Counted from the stretch's first letter, positions 25,707-39,311 are shown. The stretch is DNA of 64,000 bases from Octopus bimaculoides (GCF_001194135.2 NC_068995.1:44098669-44162668); one strand, 5' to 3'. A program made the numbers and translations. The notes: generated from the letters alone by a model not told the origin.

Positions 25707-26677
25707 NNNNNNNNNNNNNNNNNNNNNNNNNNNNNNNNNNNNNNNNNNNNNNNNNNNNNNNNNNNNNNNNNNNNNNNNNNNNNNNNNNNNNNNNNNNNNN
25801 NNNNNNNNNNNNNNNNNNNNNNNNNNNNNNNNNNNNNNNNNNNNNNNNNNNNNNNNNNNNNNNNNNNNNNNNNNNNNNNNNNNNNNNNNNNNNNNNNNNN
25901 NNNNNNNNNNNNNNNNNNNNNNNNNNNNNNNNNNNNNNNNNNNNNNNNNNNNNNNNNNNNNNNNNNNNNNNNNNNNNNNNNNNNNNNNNNNNNNNNNNNN
26001 NNNNNNNNNNNNNNNNNNNNNNNNNNNNNNNNNNNNNNNNNNNNNNNNNNNNNNNNNNNNNNNNNNNNNNNNNNNNNNNNNNNNNNNNNNNNNNNNNNNN
26101 NNNNNNNNNNNNNNNNNNNNNNNNNNNNNNNNNNNNNNNNNNNNNNNNNNNNNNNNNNNNNNNNNNNNNNNNNNNNNNNNNNNNNNNNNNNNNNNNNNNN
26201 NNNNNNNNNNNNNNNNNNNNNNNNNNNNNNNNNNNNNNNNNNNNNNNNNNNNNNNNNNNNNNNNNNNNNNNNNNNNNNNNNNNNNNNNNNNNNNNNNNNN
26301 NNNNNNNNNNNNNNNNNNNNNNNNNNNNNNNNNNNNNNNNNNNNNNNNNNNNNNNNNNNNNNNNNNNNNNNNNNNNNNNNNNNNNNNNNNNNNNNNNNNN
26401 NNNNNNNNNNNNNNNNNNNNNNNNNNNNNNNNNNNNNNNNNNNNNNNNNNNNNNNNNNNNNNNNNNNNNNNNNNNNNNNNNNNNNNNNNNNNNNNNNNNN
26501 NNNNNNNNNNNNNNNNNNNNNNNNNNNNNNNNNNNNNNNNNNNNNNNNNNNNNNNNNNNNNNNNNNNNNNNNNNNNNNNNNNNNNNNNNNNNNNNNNNNA
26601 GCAGCACATTATTATTATTATTGCTGGTTTAAGCTTTTCGTAATTTTATCGACGAATAATCTATTGTAATATATATA

Positions 26678-27298
26678 CAGGCATACCTCGGCTTAAGTTG
26701 TTTCGATTTAAGTCGTTCTCGATTATACGTCGGTTTTCAAAAAGAATACATGGAAAAATAAAAATCAAGTAAAATCATTTTACTCGACTTTACGTCTGTC
26801 CGCCACAAATATTGGAATCGTAAAATCACTAGAAAAAGCCTTAAAAGCACATAAAATCATGTTACTGTAATACAAATAAGAATAAAAGCATATAAAATAA
26901 TATTAAAACATGTAGTGTAAATGTTAAGATACACACCATAAAGTAATGCAACTTAGTGAACGAAATCTGTGTTGTCTTATTTATCGGTCAATCGGAGCTC
27001 ATATTGTACTGTAGTTCCAATATCTACCGTTAGGCGTCGTCGTCACTTGTGATTGCCGCGGTCGTTTTGAATTCAGATTTGTTTATGTCTATTTATCAGC
27101 TAATTTCTCATTCTCATTCATCTGTGACTTTATTTTTTCCCCCTGGCTCCTAAGAAATTTCATAGTGAAAGTGCTAAGCGTCATGCTATAATGCTGGCTA
27201 TGATAAAACGCCATGAAAAAGGGGAAAAACTAGTTGCAATTGCACGATCTTTTGGGATGAGTCGGACAATTGCATCAACGGTTGTACATATTATTTAA
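26678..27298 (+). mobile_element. Tigger/pogo-like DNA transposon 5' fragment
   Basis: TA|caggcatacctcg terminus. 27143-27295 translates as LAPKKFHSESAKRHAIMLAMIKRHEKGEKLVAIARSFGMSRTIASTVV, a CENP-B/psq-type HTH. Confidence 0.8.
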
Positions 27299-28749
27299 GT
27301 AACCAGTCAAGTTCTTGGGTCGATATGGTCGACTTAACCCCTCCCCGCAAATTTCATGCCTTGTGCCTATAGTACAAAGGACTATTTCTTAGTAGAGCGT
27401 CCGAACACGCTGCGATTTTATTTTGATGTGTTACTGTGATGACAGACCATTAAATACACCATCAGATTTGAATATATATCTGTGTTGAATTAGGCGTTTA
27501 ATATATCTGTAGTTAATATGTATCCAGTATTATTAGAGGCAATTTTATCTGCTTTTAGATTCCATGGGTGTCAGTTTTCCTGCGCAACAATATTTCGTTT
27601 GAGTTTATTTCAACATAAACCAAACTCCTGTTAATATAAATCTCGCATAATTATTGATGAAAATGTTTAGAAAATAGGTCAACTATAAAAGAGTTTTTGT
27701 CTTACTTAATCTTCGACCATTTTGTCTCTCATGCTAGTTAGCCTCATTAACATTTCACTTTTCCAAAGAATTCTTTTCGGGAAACTTTTCTTTTCTCTTC
27801 AAGAAATGATCCCTCACTCCACATATATCTTTCTTCTTCTACATTCATAAAATTAGATAATTTACAGACATTTTTACTATTTCCCCACCCACCACCCACC
27901 TCATAACACCTACATAATTACTTTATGTTTGTTCTATGTTCTGTATGAAACAATCACATAAATAGAATCCTCGTTCATCTCCAGATCAAAGACAATTAAA
28001 GGCCAAAGTAATATGCTTTAAGGTAAGTGCTATCTGAAAATTGATTAAACATATACATCATAATAATTAAGACTCCTTTTCACCATTAATTGATCAAAGA
28101 AATTTTCCAATAAAGCAAAGTTATTCTTAGCGAAAATCTATTTCTGAAATGATATTTCATCTTCAAATATATTGACACCTGTAATTACGGCTCTACAGAG
28201 AATAAGCTTTACCAAGGGACCAATATTTTATCTGGAGTTATGGTCACAGCAGAATATGGGCTTGCACGAAGAAAGTTATCCCACCCTCAAGATGCAGTCC
28301 CGTGCAAGGTTTTATTATAGAAAACCAGAAGTTATTGAAATATCAAATCTCAATTCATCGTGTCAGCGATGTTCTCCGTGGAAAGGGTGACAACTGTTAC
28401 AAATTGTCTGCTGTGTCATAGCAAGTGTTGCCACCAGAATATAAAAAACGCAGAAAAGATTTTTGAAGACGTAACTTCCGGATGCTCTGATTTCTAACAA
28501 TTCCTGCCATACACAGGCAGTTTATACATCGACCTCGTAAGGATGAACAATAGCATTGGCCTCGACGGGATTTCAAAGTCCTGGAGTCGATTTGCTCGAC
28601 TAAAGGCAGTGCTCCAGCATGGCCGCAGTCAAATGACTAAGATAAGTAAAAGAGTAAAGGAATAAAACAGTAACTATGGTAAAGGACCGCAACGTTGTAG
28701 ATGAAATTTATAGTCATCTGAATCGACACCTGTATAATTCATCTGTTAT

Positions 28750-28972
28750 ATCTTACATCTTTCAATCATTTCACTGCGACCATGTTGGAGTATCATCTTG
28801 AAGAATTTCTAGTCGAATGAATTGACCGCATTACTTATACTTTTAAATGCGGTATTTCTTCTATCCGTCCCTTTGCCAAACCGCTAAGTTACGGGTACGT
28901 AAACATACCGACACCGGTTGCCAAGCAGTAGTGGGGGACAACAAATACAGACGCAAAAATATACACACACTC

Positions 28973-29003
<31 letters not shown>

Positions 29004-29240
29004 CATACATACATACATACATACATACATACATACATACATACATACATACATACATGTGTACGTGTGTGCGCGTGACAGGTTTATTTCAGTTTCCGTC
29101 TTACAAATCCACTCACAAGGCTTTTGCTCAGCCCGAGGTTATAATAGAAAATGTTTACTCAAGGTGCCACGCAGCGGAGCTGAACCCGGGACCATGTGGT
29201 TGGGAAAGAAACTTCCTAACACACAGCCACGCCTCCGATT
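28750..29240 (-). mobile_element. SINE family A with internal (ATAC)n
   Basis: aaatccactcacaaggc...caaggtgccacgcagcggagctgaacccgggaccatgtggttgg...cacagccacgcct. Confidence 0.85.
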
Positions 29241-30028
29241 ACAAACTACGCCAGCGGCTACAAGCCACGCCTGCGCCTACAAGCCACGCTACTTTAGATC
29301 CCCCGGATTAAATCCAAACTCGAACCCTGGCGAGATCTGAACTCAAAATCTGAAGCTCCATAGCTAGATCCCACAATATAACTTGTCCGGTGTCTTTACT
29401 GTCTTTGACACATCATCCATCGCCTCCTTCGCATTTATGAAATGAAGAATCGTGAGAAAAGCCGAAAGTAATGCTTCACTTCTTTTCTTTTCTGCTGAAT
29501 TGCTGAGAGTTAACAGAGTAGAATGAATTGGAACAGAATCTCTCTCTCTCGCTCTCTTTCTCTCTTTTCCTCTTTCTCTCTCTTCCTCTTTCTCTCTTTC
29601 TCTTTCTCAGTCTTTCTCTACGACACACGCCTCTCTCGAATTTATCATAATCTCTTTTTTATATATATATTAACCGACAATGTCATCCATAAACACATAA
29701 ATGATACAATTGAAATGAAATGAAATCGCTAAAACTAAGAGACAGAAGCGATTAGTCGACACTACTGAAGAGATAAGAATTTATTTTGTTGTGTGTCTAC
29801 TGACATTATCAGCTTTTAGCAATTCCACTTCAATAAAAGAGTCAAGTGAACTGTGTGGGGAAAAAATTACTGAGAGTTGAGGAAACAAATCAAACAATGC
29901 GAACTGTAAGTAAATGACTTGAAAGTTTGTAATCACGTCGTAATAAATAAAACCATTGCCAGACAAAAACACGAAAGTACTCTCATACATAGTCTTGCAG
30001 TTTTATATATGGAGGAGAGAGAGGGGGG

Positions 30029-30099
<71 letters not shown>

Positions 30100-30139
30100 A
30101 AAGAGAGAGAACATTAACTATTCAGATAGATAGATAGAT

Positions 30140-30174
<35 letters not shown>

Positions 30175-30199
30175 TAGACTGACAGACAAATAGATAGAT

Positions 30200-30248
<49 letters not shown>

Positions 30249-30405
30249 NNNNNNNNNNGAGAGAGAGAGAGAGAGAGCGAGATAAACAGGATGACAGAGA
30301 GACAGACAGCGGGACAGACAGACAGCGGGACAGACAGACAGACAGACACACATACACACACACACACACACACGCACAAATAGACACACAGACAGACAGC
30401 CAAAC

Positions 30406-30473
<68 letters not shown>

Positions 30474-31165
30474 TAGACAAGTAGACTGTTTGATAGGTTG
30501 GTAGTCGAAGGTAGCAATGGCTGACGAGGTAAATGTGTCTGCAATAAGCCGTAGTTATTTCTTGAACATTTTGCGCGTGTGAGTATGTGAGTGCACGCAC
30601 GCTATCCGTATTCGTATGCATCTCAGCATGTGTGTGCTTTTGAATAAACACACACACACACACATGCACAAACAAATATATATATACATATATATATATA
30701 CGTATACGTACTTACATACATAAATACATACAAGCATGCGTACGTACGTGCATGTATAAATTGTATATACGAGTTTCTGTTGAAATGAATGGCTATTTTA
30801 CAGTAATGTCTTGTAAACAGGAAGAACAAACGGAAGAAAACGTTCTGGAAGTTACTTGTGATAATACAGAGAAGAAAAGAGAGGGGAAGGAATAAAGTGA
30901 TGGAAGAGTGAGATGAGAGAGATAGAGTTATGGATGGAGAAAGAGAGAAACCAATTCCGATTACTATGGCTGAACATAAAATGTAACAAAGGATAAAGCT
31001 GCCGATCTTTAAGGTATTTGGAAATTGAAACTTATCAAATGCTTTCTTATATATATTTCTATATCTTGGTCTATAATGCAATTAAGTTTGTTGGATCAAT
31101 AAAATAGTCTAGTCACTACTGAGATTATTAAACAATTGGTTGTGTGAATAGAAGATATCGATCTT

Positions 31166-31208
31166 ATAGCTGAAGAGTCGAGATTTCATATCTCGTCAAT
31201 GTCGCTAT
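31166..31208 (+). ncRNA. Degenerate hammerhead motif (GAAA lost)
   Basis: atag-CTGAAGA-gt cgagat ttcat atctcg tc-aat-GTC-gctat. Stem II is a perfect 6 bp, but GAAAC is reduced to aat. Confidence 0.45.
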
Positions 31209-31459
31209 GAAGATATTGTGATAATATCTTTATAGAACATACCAAAAAAAAAAAAAAATGTCCTCTTTAAGAATTACTCAACTCTTATCTGCTCAATTGT
31301 TTTTCTTCTAAATTTGATGCTAAGCGTTTCCGTGATTCTCAATATAATAATTCTTATATCGTTATACATCAAATGTCATTGCGATATTTAAATAAATCCT
31401 TATTTACTATAGAATCAAACGTATTTTATGTAGTATACAGAATGATAAATAAAATCTCT

Positions 31460-31484
31460 GTTATCATCATCGTCGTCGTCATCG

Positions 31485-31548
<64 letters not shown>

Positions 31549-31560
31549 GCTCATCATCAC

Positions 31561-31612
<52 letters not shown>

Positions 31613-31627
31613 GTCATCATTATTATT
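31460..31627. repeat. (ATC)n microsatellite
   Basis: Long catcatcat tract; source of the poly-I, poly-D and poly-M ORFs. Confidence 0.97.
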
Positions 31628-31955
31628 GAATGAGAGAGCCTCAAGTGACACTGGGGTGCAAACATACGATGTCTAATACACCCACTATGACTACCCGTCT
31701 GATAAGGGTACACCAGGCATATGTATCACAACCATATGTACGCGACATGGTACCTCATATCAAGATAAACAGTGCATGACCTACTAGGCGTGGCCCAGTT
31801 AGATTTTCTCCAAGTTGAGTAACCCATCCTGCTCCAAAGGTCCCTGGAAAAGGTTTGTTTAAGGATGTTGAACGAAACACCAATGATTCCAGGGTTGAAT
31901 TATTCAAACCCCAAAGAATTCCTCTCAACACATGGTCATGGTGCTCCCCCACTAC
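31628..31955 (+). mobile_element. Partial copy of a 550-bp microsatellite-embedded interspersed element
   Basis: caagtgacactgggg...ataagggtacaccaggca...tatcaagataaacag... is shared with 36308-36858 and 43872-44370. Confidence 0.85.
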
Positions 31956-32152
31956 TCAAGACATGAAATGTCATTATTGGGCTCAATACCCAATGAAGCG
32001 CCCTCNNNNNNNNNNGTAGCTAGCTTAAAATCCGCCCGATAAGACAGCTTTTAAGCTAGTATATATATATATATATATATATAGTGAGTGGGAAACAAAA
32101 GAAACCATTTAGTTAGAGTTTCGTGTATTTAATAACAGTTTCACTCAACTCC

Positions 32153-32204
32153 ACATAACTTAAAGTTTCGTGGATGTGTAGTACATATCCACCTCATCAG
32201 ATGT
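32153..32204 (-). ncRNA. Type I hammerhead ribozyme motif, canonical core, inside a fold-back element (about 32125-32272)
   Basis: Minus strand: acat-CTGATGA-g-gtggat atgtactacac atccac-GAAAC ttta a-GTT-atgt. Stem I acat/atgt, stem II 6 bp, helix III ACT/AGT. Confidence 0.75.
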
Positions 32205-34139
32205 TCAGAGGACGTGTCCTATACGTCCACGAAACTTTACGTAATATAGAGCTGAGGCAAGATGTTATTAAATATGTGTGTGTTTACCATATCAGTATGT
32301 TAAAAGTTACTGGCTTTTATTTTTAATACTTGGATATATAGTATGGTATCGTTCCTTATTCGTTTACAACTGTCGCTTGTGGAATATTCGTACAGGCTTC
32401 ATATTCTGCAGTTTCTTCCCCGTTGATTTGGTCTGTATGACTTTAGAGTGATATTAATTGCCCTGTGTTGTTTGAATTATTGCTATGTAAGTGTAATAAT
32501 GAAATCTCATAGTTTCATTATATTGTTTTGTTTTGTTTTTTTCAGTTATTAATGCTGCATTATTGTATTTGTACATGTTTATGTGTTATTTACAAAGTAT
32601 ACTTTTATATTTAAACTTTTGAGAACTTCTTAACGTATTCGATGTGGAGCATAATTTTGGAAAGGGTAATAATAATTTAGCAGTGCTTCTGTTGTTCTTG
32701 CGATTGCTATAGTTCTTGTCACTGTGCCTGTAACGTTGCATTCATGTGTAGAAGTTTTGTAAATGGTATTGTTTGTGTTTCATGAGATTTATAGCTTGTG
32801 TTTTTTGATAAAGTCAAACTGCATCCAAACTTTCTGGAACAAATACTTCTTTATGACGAGCCAACATTGTTTTATCTATATTCAAGTCTTTATCATCTCC
32901 TCTTCTTTTCTGCCATATAATATTGATATTCAGGATTATTCTATTTGATATTTCATTCATTTTTAAGACGATAGGGTATATTTTGAAGGCGATTTGCCAA
33001 CACTCTTATCAAGCTGAACGGCTGCATAGTCCTCTTTGTTGGCTCACGAAAGAGATAGAGTAAATAAATAACAGTTTGTGAGGGGGAAAACGAAGTAAAA
33101 TGAGAAACTATATTGAAATACGGAATATTATTCCATCTATGTATGGTTATGTGAGCAGGGAAAAAATAAGTTGAAAGTAAAAAATAAGATTATACTCACA
33201 AAAATATATTTTCGTCTTTCTTTCGGCTTTAGTAAATAGAAAATTATTTAAATATCTATATCTTCTAGCGTTTAACAAGATAAAAGTGGTGTCTTTGGGA
33301 ATCAAGAAGGTGTTAGTATCGGATTTAAGTGGAATTAGACTGATAAGGTAAATCACTCACCATATGACACTTTTCTGTCTTATATCATTTTCCGACAATT
33401 ATATTTAGTGACTATAACCATAAGAAATGACATCTAAAAGTTAACTTTCATTCTTTGTCTTACAGCTTACAGAGGATACAAACTTGTAACCAATGAGTTT
33501 CTAGCTAGATATTTTATCTACTCGACAACTTTGTAGATAATTTAATCACTGTTACTTTGATATTTTATTCATAAGTTTTCCCTAGGTATTAATTTGTCCT
33601 TCCTTACTTGACACACCATATAAAACGGTGATTTACTGATACAATTAAGAGTAAGTGCAATTTCTTCTCATTTTCGTAAATGGAAATGTTAAGAATTTTA
33701 AATAAACCATTTTCTTTATATTGCTCGTAGAAGCATTTCACGTCTTATCACTTCTACAAATTAACACTTTCATAAATTATCATTTCCACAATTTTTCACT
33801 TCAACAATTCATCACTTCCTCTTCATTGGCACTTTCACAACGCATGGTTTCCACAACTCAATGCTCCAACAATTTAGCGTAACCTCAAAAAGATTCCTAA
33901 AAGTAAATCTCCCCGTAATGTCCAGATCCTTTGGGGGTATTTCAGTGCCATGAAATATGACAAAAACGCCTATAGAATAGAGTTTTTGACAAAATTCAGG
34001 CGTAGGAATACTGTTTCAAAAATTTATTCCATCTCAATTCTGGAATGGTAATTAACGAAATATTTAAACAAACTCTCGGAAGTACATATTAGATTCTTAA
34101 AGGATATTTTCTACATGAACAGCTGAATTCTTCCACAAA

Positions 34140-34590
34140 AACATTACTTCTCTCTTTCACTCTCTTTCCCTCTCCCTTTCCCTCTCCCTTTCCCTCTCTC
34201 ACTCCTCTCTCCCTTTCTCTTTGTTCTGCTTCCTTTTTCCAATCTCACTGTTTTTCTTGTTCTCTTCCTCATTTTATCTCACTCTTTCTCTCTCCTTTAC
34301 TCTCACTTTCTCTTCTTCTCTTTCTCTCCCTCTCTTTCTCTCCTTCTCTCTCTTTCTCTCTTCCTCTTTCTCTCTCCCTCTCTCTTTCTCCTTTCCTCTC
34401 GATTTCTCTTTCTGCCTTTTTCCAAATTCATCCAGTGTCTTTCTCGTTCTTTCTCATTCTCTCTCCCTCTTTTTCTCCCTCTCTCTCTCCCCTGCCCTTC
34501 TCCCTCTTTTTCTCCCTCTCTCTCTCTCCTGCCCTTCTCCCTCTTTTTCTCCCTCTCTCTCTCCCCCTTTCTTTTTCTTGTTTTTATTAT
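34140..34590 (+). repeat. Polypyrimidine (CT-rich) tract with internal near-tandem units
   Basis: About 450 bp of almost only C/T; ctccctctctctct...cctgcccttctccctcttttt is repeated. Confidence 0.9.
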
Positions 34591-35049
34591 AAATTAATAA
34601 TTTCTAAAACATTTTACCTGGAGACGCTACAAATGTTAAAAATAAATATAATTAATTTTAAAAAATAAGCTGCACAAATTACGAGTCCAAAGGAATAAAA
34701 TGAAGAGGGGGTACAACGTAAAAGGATTAATTTAGAGAACGGGGCTTCCTGTTTCAATACTATTTAATGGTCTTTATTGGCAGCAAAACATAAATTACTC
34801 AAAAAAACTCAGATGAATGCTAGGTTTTAGGTTAGTAAAATATTTATACAAATTTGAAAGAACGCAACTTCTAATTACACTAGCATAATAGAAGGATTTT
34901 TAATGTTGCTTCTTTGTTTTTTGTTGTTGTTGTTGCTGTTGCTGTTAGCGATAATCATAATTATTATTTTTATTATCCTCATCATAACCACGACCATTAT
35001 CAGCAGCAGCACCACCGTCACCATCATCATCATCATCATCATCGTCATT

Positions 35050-35258
35050 AAAGCGGCAATCGTTGGCTCGACCCGAAATAAATGCTTAGTGGCATTTCGT
35101 TCGGTTCTTACGTTCGGAGTTCAAATTCCGCCGAGGTCGACTTTGCCTTTCATCCTTTTTCAGAGCGCCGATGAAATAAACATCAGTCAAGTCCTGGTGA
35201 CGATGTAATCGACTATTCCCTAAAAAAAACTATTTGCCCTGTGCCAAAATTTGAAACC
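35050..35258 (+). mobile_element. SINE family B
   Basis: gaaataaatgcttagtggcatttcg...ggagttcaaattccgccgaggtcgactttgcctttcatcc...gtgccaaaatttgaaacc. Confidence 0.85.
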
Positions 35259-35315
<57 letters not shown>

Positions 35316-35410
35316 GGTGGTGGTGGTGGTGGTGATGGTGCCGCTGCTGCTGCTGCTGCTGCTGGTGCTGGTGCTGGTGCTAGTAGTAGTAGTAGTAGTA
35401 GTAGTAGTGA

Positions 35411-35451
<41 letters not shown>

Positions 35452-35500
35452 TCATTATTGCTATTACCATCATCATCATCACCATCATCATCATCAAAGC
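35259..35500. repeat. Compound trinucleotide microsatellite (AGT/GGT/GCT/ATC)
   Basis: Successive tracts visible directly in the sequence. Confidence 0.97.
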
Positions 35501-35529
35501 GGTGACGTAGCAAAACGCTTGAATGTGCA

Positions 35530-36155
35530 TGATAACGCTTCCAATCTGCCCAGTATTGCTTTAGGGCATTTTATAATTTCCATTTCACTTCTCAAAGCCC
35601 TTGATTTCACTTGCTCCGGTTAATTCTGTAAGAGCGGAGATCAACCTATTGCCAAGGGTCTCACAGGGTCTCTTTTCGCGATACTTAACATCCAAGCACC
35701 GATCTCAAAATCCTTGCTGTCCCCAATTGAGCAGTTTTCTTACCATGTTAATCTCAGTTTCTCCAACAATTTTTAAAAATCTGATTGTTAAGGATCCCAG
35801 TGCACCAACAGCTATTGGAACGACAGTTAATTTCTTCATTACCAACATTCGTGCAATCTCATCTTTTAATGGCTTGTACTTCTCAATCTTTTCTAGCTCT
35901 TTGTCATCCACTCATACACCTCCAGGTATGGCAATGATCTTGGTTTCCTTCATCATTTTGTCAACTACACGATGTCTGGTCTTCGAGCACCAATCACTGA
36001 ATCACACTGGATAGTAAAATTCCACAAGCTCATTATTCTCAGTGACGCCTTCACACAATCTCCAATGGACATACTTAACTACGCTATCATGCCACTTCTT
36101 TTATTCTTTGTGAACCAATTTGCAACACTCACCCACAATATGTGAAACGTCCAGG
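35530..36155 (-). mobile_element. 3' end of an RLE-type non-LTR retrotransposon (R4/Dong-like)
   Basis: Minus-strand peptides: SHIVGG..KLVHKE.KKWHDSVVKYVHWRLC (zinc-knuckle region), RPDIV..DKMMKETKIIAIP, EKIEKYKPLKDEIARM, VVPIAVGALG, GTARILRSVLGC* (stop 35685-35687), followed by a 3' UTR. Confidence 0.85.
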
Positions 36156-36239
36156 ATTGTTTTTCTTGCTGTTATTCTTTTATTCTTTTATTTTTTCAGT
36201 CATTTGACTACGGCCATGCTGGAACTGTTGTTGATATTA

Positions 36240-36307
<68 letters not shown>

Positions 36308-36858
36308 GAGTCGAGAACAGTGCATGCCGTCAAAGTGACACTGGGGTAAAATATACGAAATCCTGTATACTCGTCATGATTACCCCTCTGATAAGGGTAC
36401 ACCAGGCACATGCATCACAACCACATGTGCACGACATGGTGATCTCAAAGCAAGATAAACAGCGCATGACATTGCAGGTGGAGCCCAGTTAGAATTTTCT
36501 TCAGGTCGAGTAGCCCATGTCGCTCAAAAGGTCCGGAATAAGGCTTGTTTAAGAATGTTGAACGAAACATCCATGTATCCAGAGTTGAATTATTCAAACC
36601 CCACAGAATTTCTCTCAACACATGGTTATGATGCTCCCCACTACTTCAGCTCGTGATCAGAGATGCATATATCGTCAGCCACCAAGGGACATGCTCAACA
36701 GGTTAAGGTATAACAACTGATAAGCAAATTTGAGGTATTGAACAGAATATTTGCAGTAGCACATATTTTACGCCAAGACAAAACAATGTACATGATAACT
36801 CTTCCAATCAGTTAAGATCAGAAGCCAGGAGTGCCAGTGGCTGGTACTGCATCGGGGT
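36308..36858 (+). mobile_element. Apparently complete 550-bp interspersed element between two (ATT)n tracts
   Basis: Bounded by (ATT)n at 36237-36307 and from 36859; homologous to 31628-31955 and 43872-44370. Confidence 0.85.
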
Positions 36859-37619
36859 ATTATTATTATTATTATTATTATCATTATTATTGTTGTTGTT
36901 GTTGTTAATGTTGTTGTTGTTATAACCTTCCGCTGATTGCTATTTTTGGTTCGTGATAATGGAGATGATATGCCTTTCCTGTTCACTTTTAATTCTTTAA
37001 ACACAGTCGCAGAGTATCCAAATGAACAACATCACCACCACGGACAACAACAACAACAACAACAACAAATATAAGAAGAAGAATAACAATGGCAGCAACT
37101 TTGATATAACAATAACCACAAAAATGACAGCTAAAACAACAATAACAACAAACAACACACCAGATCTAACAAGAACAACAAGAACAGCTATAACGAGAGC
37201 GATACAGCGGCGATAATGAGAGCTACAACTACAGCACCACACGACACTAACAACGGTGTAGTTATGTTATCCTTAATTAAATTCAATAAAGCTATTAAAA
37301 CTGATTGCACCGCTACGTGCAATTAATTCTGTGCATCCCATAATACTGTAATAAGATTTGTAATTGCCTGAAATCATAAGCTCGGGAACTTGAGTTTGTA
37401 TTTCAAAATTTGGCATCAGATTTGAAAAACTTTGAATAATCTAATCTAATTTGAAAACACGATATACACACGTGCGCATGCACCCACACACACACGGACG
37501 CACATACACACACATACACACACATACACACACACACACACACACATAAATACTCGTACACAACATTTGTCTTCATGTGTTATGAAATAAATTTCTGTAG
37601 TCCAGTAACAATTGCACGC

Positions 37620-37676
<57 letters not shown>

Positions 37677-38540
37677 NNNNNNNNNNNNNNNNNNNNNNNN
37701 NNNNNNNNNNNNNNNNNNNNNNNNNNNNNNNNNNNNNNNNNNNNNNNNNNNNNNNNNNNNNNNNNNNNNNNNNNNNNNNNNNNNNNNNNNATATATACAT
37801 ATATGTGTATGTATATATGTATGTATGTATGTATATGTATGTATGTATGTATGTATATATGTATGTACGTATGTATGTATGTATGTATGTATGGTATGTA
37901 TGTATCCTTCCTCAATTACCAACAACGAATCGAAATATCTTCATTTAATACCGTAAATTTCAATTGAGTATAATTTCCGCTCTAATAAACAATTCGCGTA
38001 AGCAATTTTGCTACAAGCACTATTCAAGAGGATTGAAAGATTTCATTTTGTGAAGATTCTCGTAAATATAGTTTGGCAACAAGATGCTCTTTATATTGTT
38101 CATCATTTATTTCTCACTTCCATATCTCCTATTCTTCAGCATTGTCTCTTTAATCCCCGCTCTCATCGCATCAATCATCATCGGCACAACGTATCAATCA
38201 TAATCTTAATTATTACCAACATATTGTTATTGCATATAACCGTTGACATTTATTGTCATTCCTACTGCCATTGTAATCCTCCTCATCATCATCATCATCA
38301 TCGTGACCGTCCTCATCACCATGATCATAATCATCGTCGCCATCATCATCATCATTGAGGCCTTCAATATTCTCTTCTTCTTCTTCCTATGTCTCAAATA
38401 TTCATGACGTCAGGAAAATGATATTTACAAATCATTTTAATACCAGACAGTTATGATTGGATGTAATTTTACTTCACGTGTCTTTACACACGCGTGCATA
38501 AATGTGTGTGTGGGTGTATAAAACTGCTCATCATATTCGA

Positions 38541-38621
38541 GGTTCCGATGAAGCTATAAGGTGTTACTTAGGCACTCAACTCTGAGTCCACTACATGTCA
38601 TAGCAGAAACAGCTGTAAGCT
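38541..38621 (+). ncRNA. Hammerhead motif with U4C change and long stem II
   Basis: ggtt-CCGATGA-a gctat...atagc a-GAAAC agct GTA-agct. Palindromic helix III ACAGCTGT; stem I ggtt/agct with two G.U pairs. Confidence 0.5.
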
Positions 38622-38662
38622 AATGAAGTTCATAAGATAATCGTTTATTCATTTGTCATCTT

Positions 38663-38699
<37 letters not shown>

Positions 38700-39271
38700 N
38701 NNNNNNNNNNNNNNNNNNNNNNNNNNNNNNNNNNNNNNNNNNNNNNNNNNNNNNNNNNNNNNNNNNNNNNNNNNNNNNNNNNNNNNNNNNNNNNNNNNNN
38801 NNNNNNNNNNNNNNNNNNNNNNNNNNNNNNNNNNNNNNNNNNNNNNNNNNNNNNNNNNNNNNNNNNNNNNNNNNNNNNNNNNNNNNNNNNNNNNNNNNNN
38901 NNNNNNNNNNNNNNNNNNNNNNNNNNNNNNNNNNNNNNNNNNNNNNNNNNNNNNNNNNNNNNNNNNNNNNNNNNNNNNNNNNNNNNNNNNNNNNNNNNNN
39001 NNNNNNNNNNNNNNNNNNNNNNNNNNNNNNNNNNNNNNNNNNNNNNNNNNNNNNNNNNNNNNNNNNNNNNNNNNNNNNNNNNNNNNNNNNNNNNNNNNNN
39101 NNNNNNNNNNNNNNNNNNNNNNNNNNNNNNNNNNNNNNNNNNNNNNNNNNNNNNNNNNNNNNNNNNNNNNNNNNNNNNNNNNNNNNNNNNNNNNNNNNNN
39201 NNNNNNNNNNNNNNNNNNNNNNNNNNNNNNNNNNNNNNNNNNNNNNNNNNNNNNNNNNNNNNNNNNNNNNN

Positions 39272-39304
<33 letters not shown>

Positions 39305-39311
<7 letters not shown>

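Noticed and set aside
28172-28420. Segment open in multiple frames
   Set aside because: No recognisable domain or consistent splice signals.
31373-31713. Poly-D, poly-I and poly-M ORFs (also 35213-35530, 42856-43281, 36997-37242, 38008-38358)
   Set aside because: These are translations of trinucleotide microsatellites, open in several frames, with no coding-like flanks.
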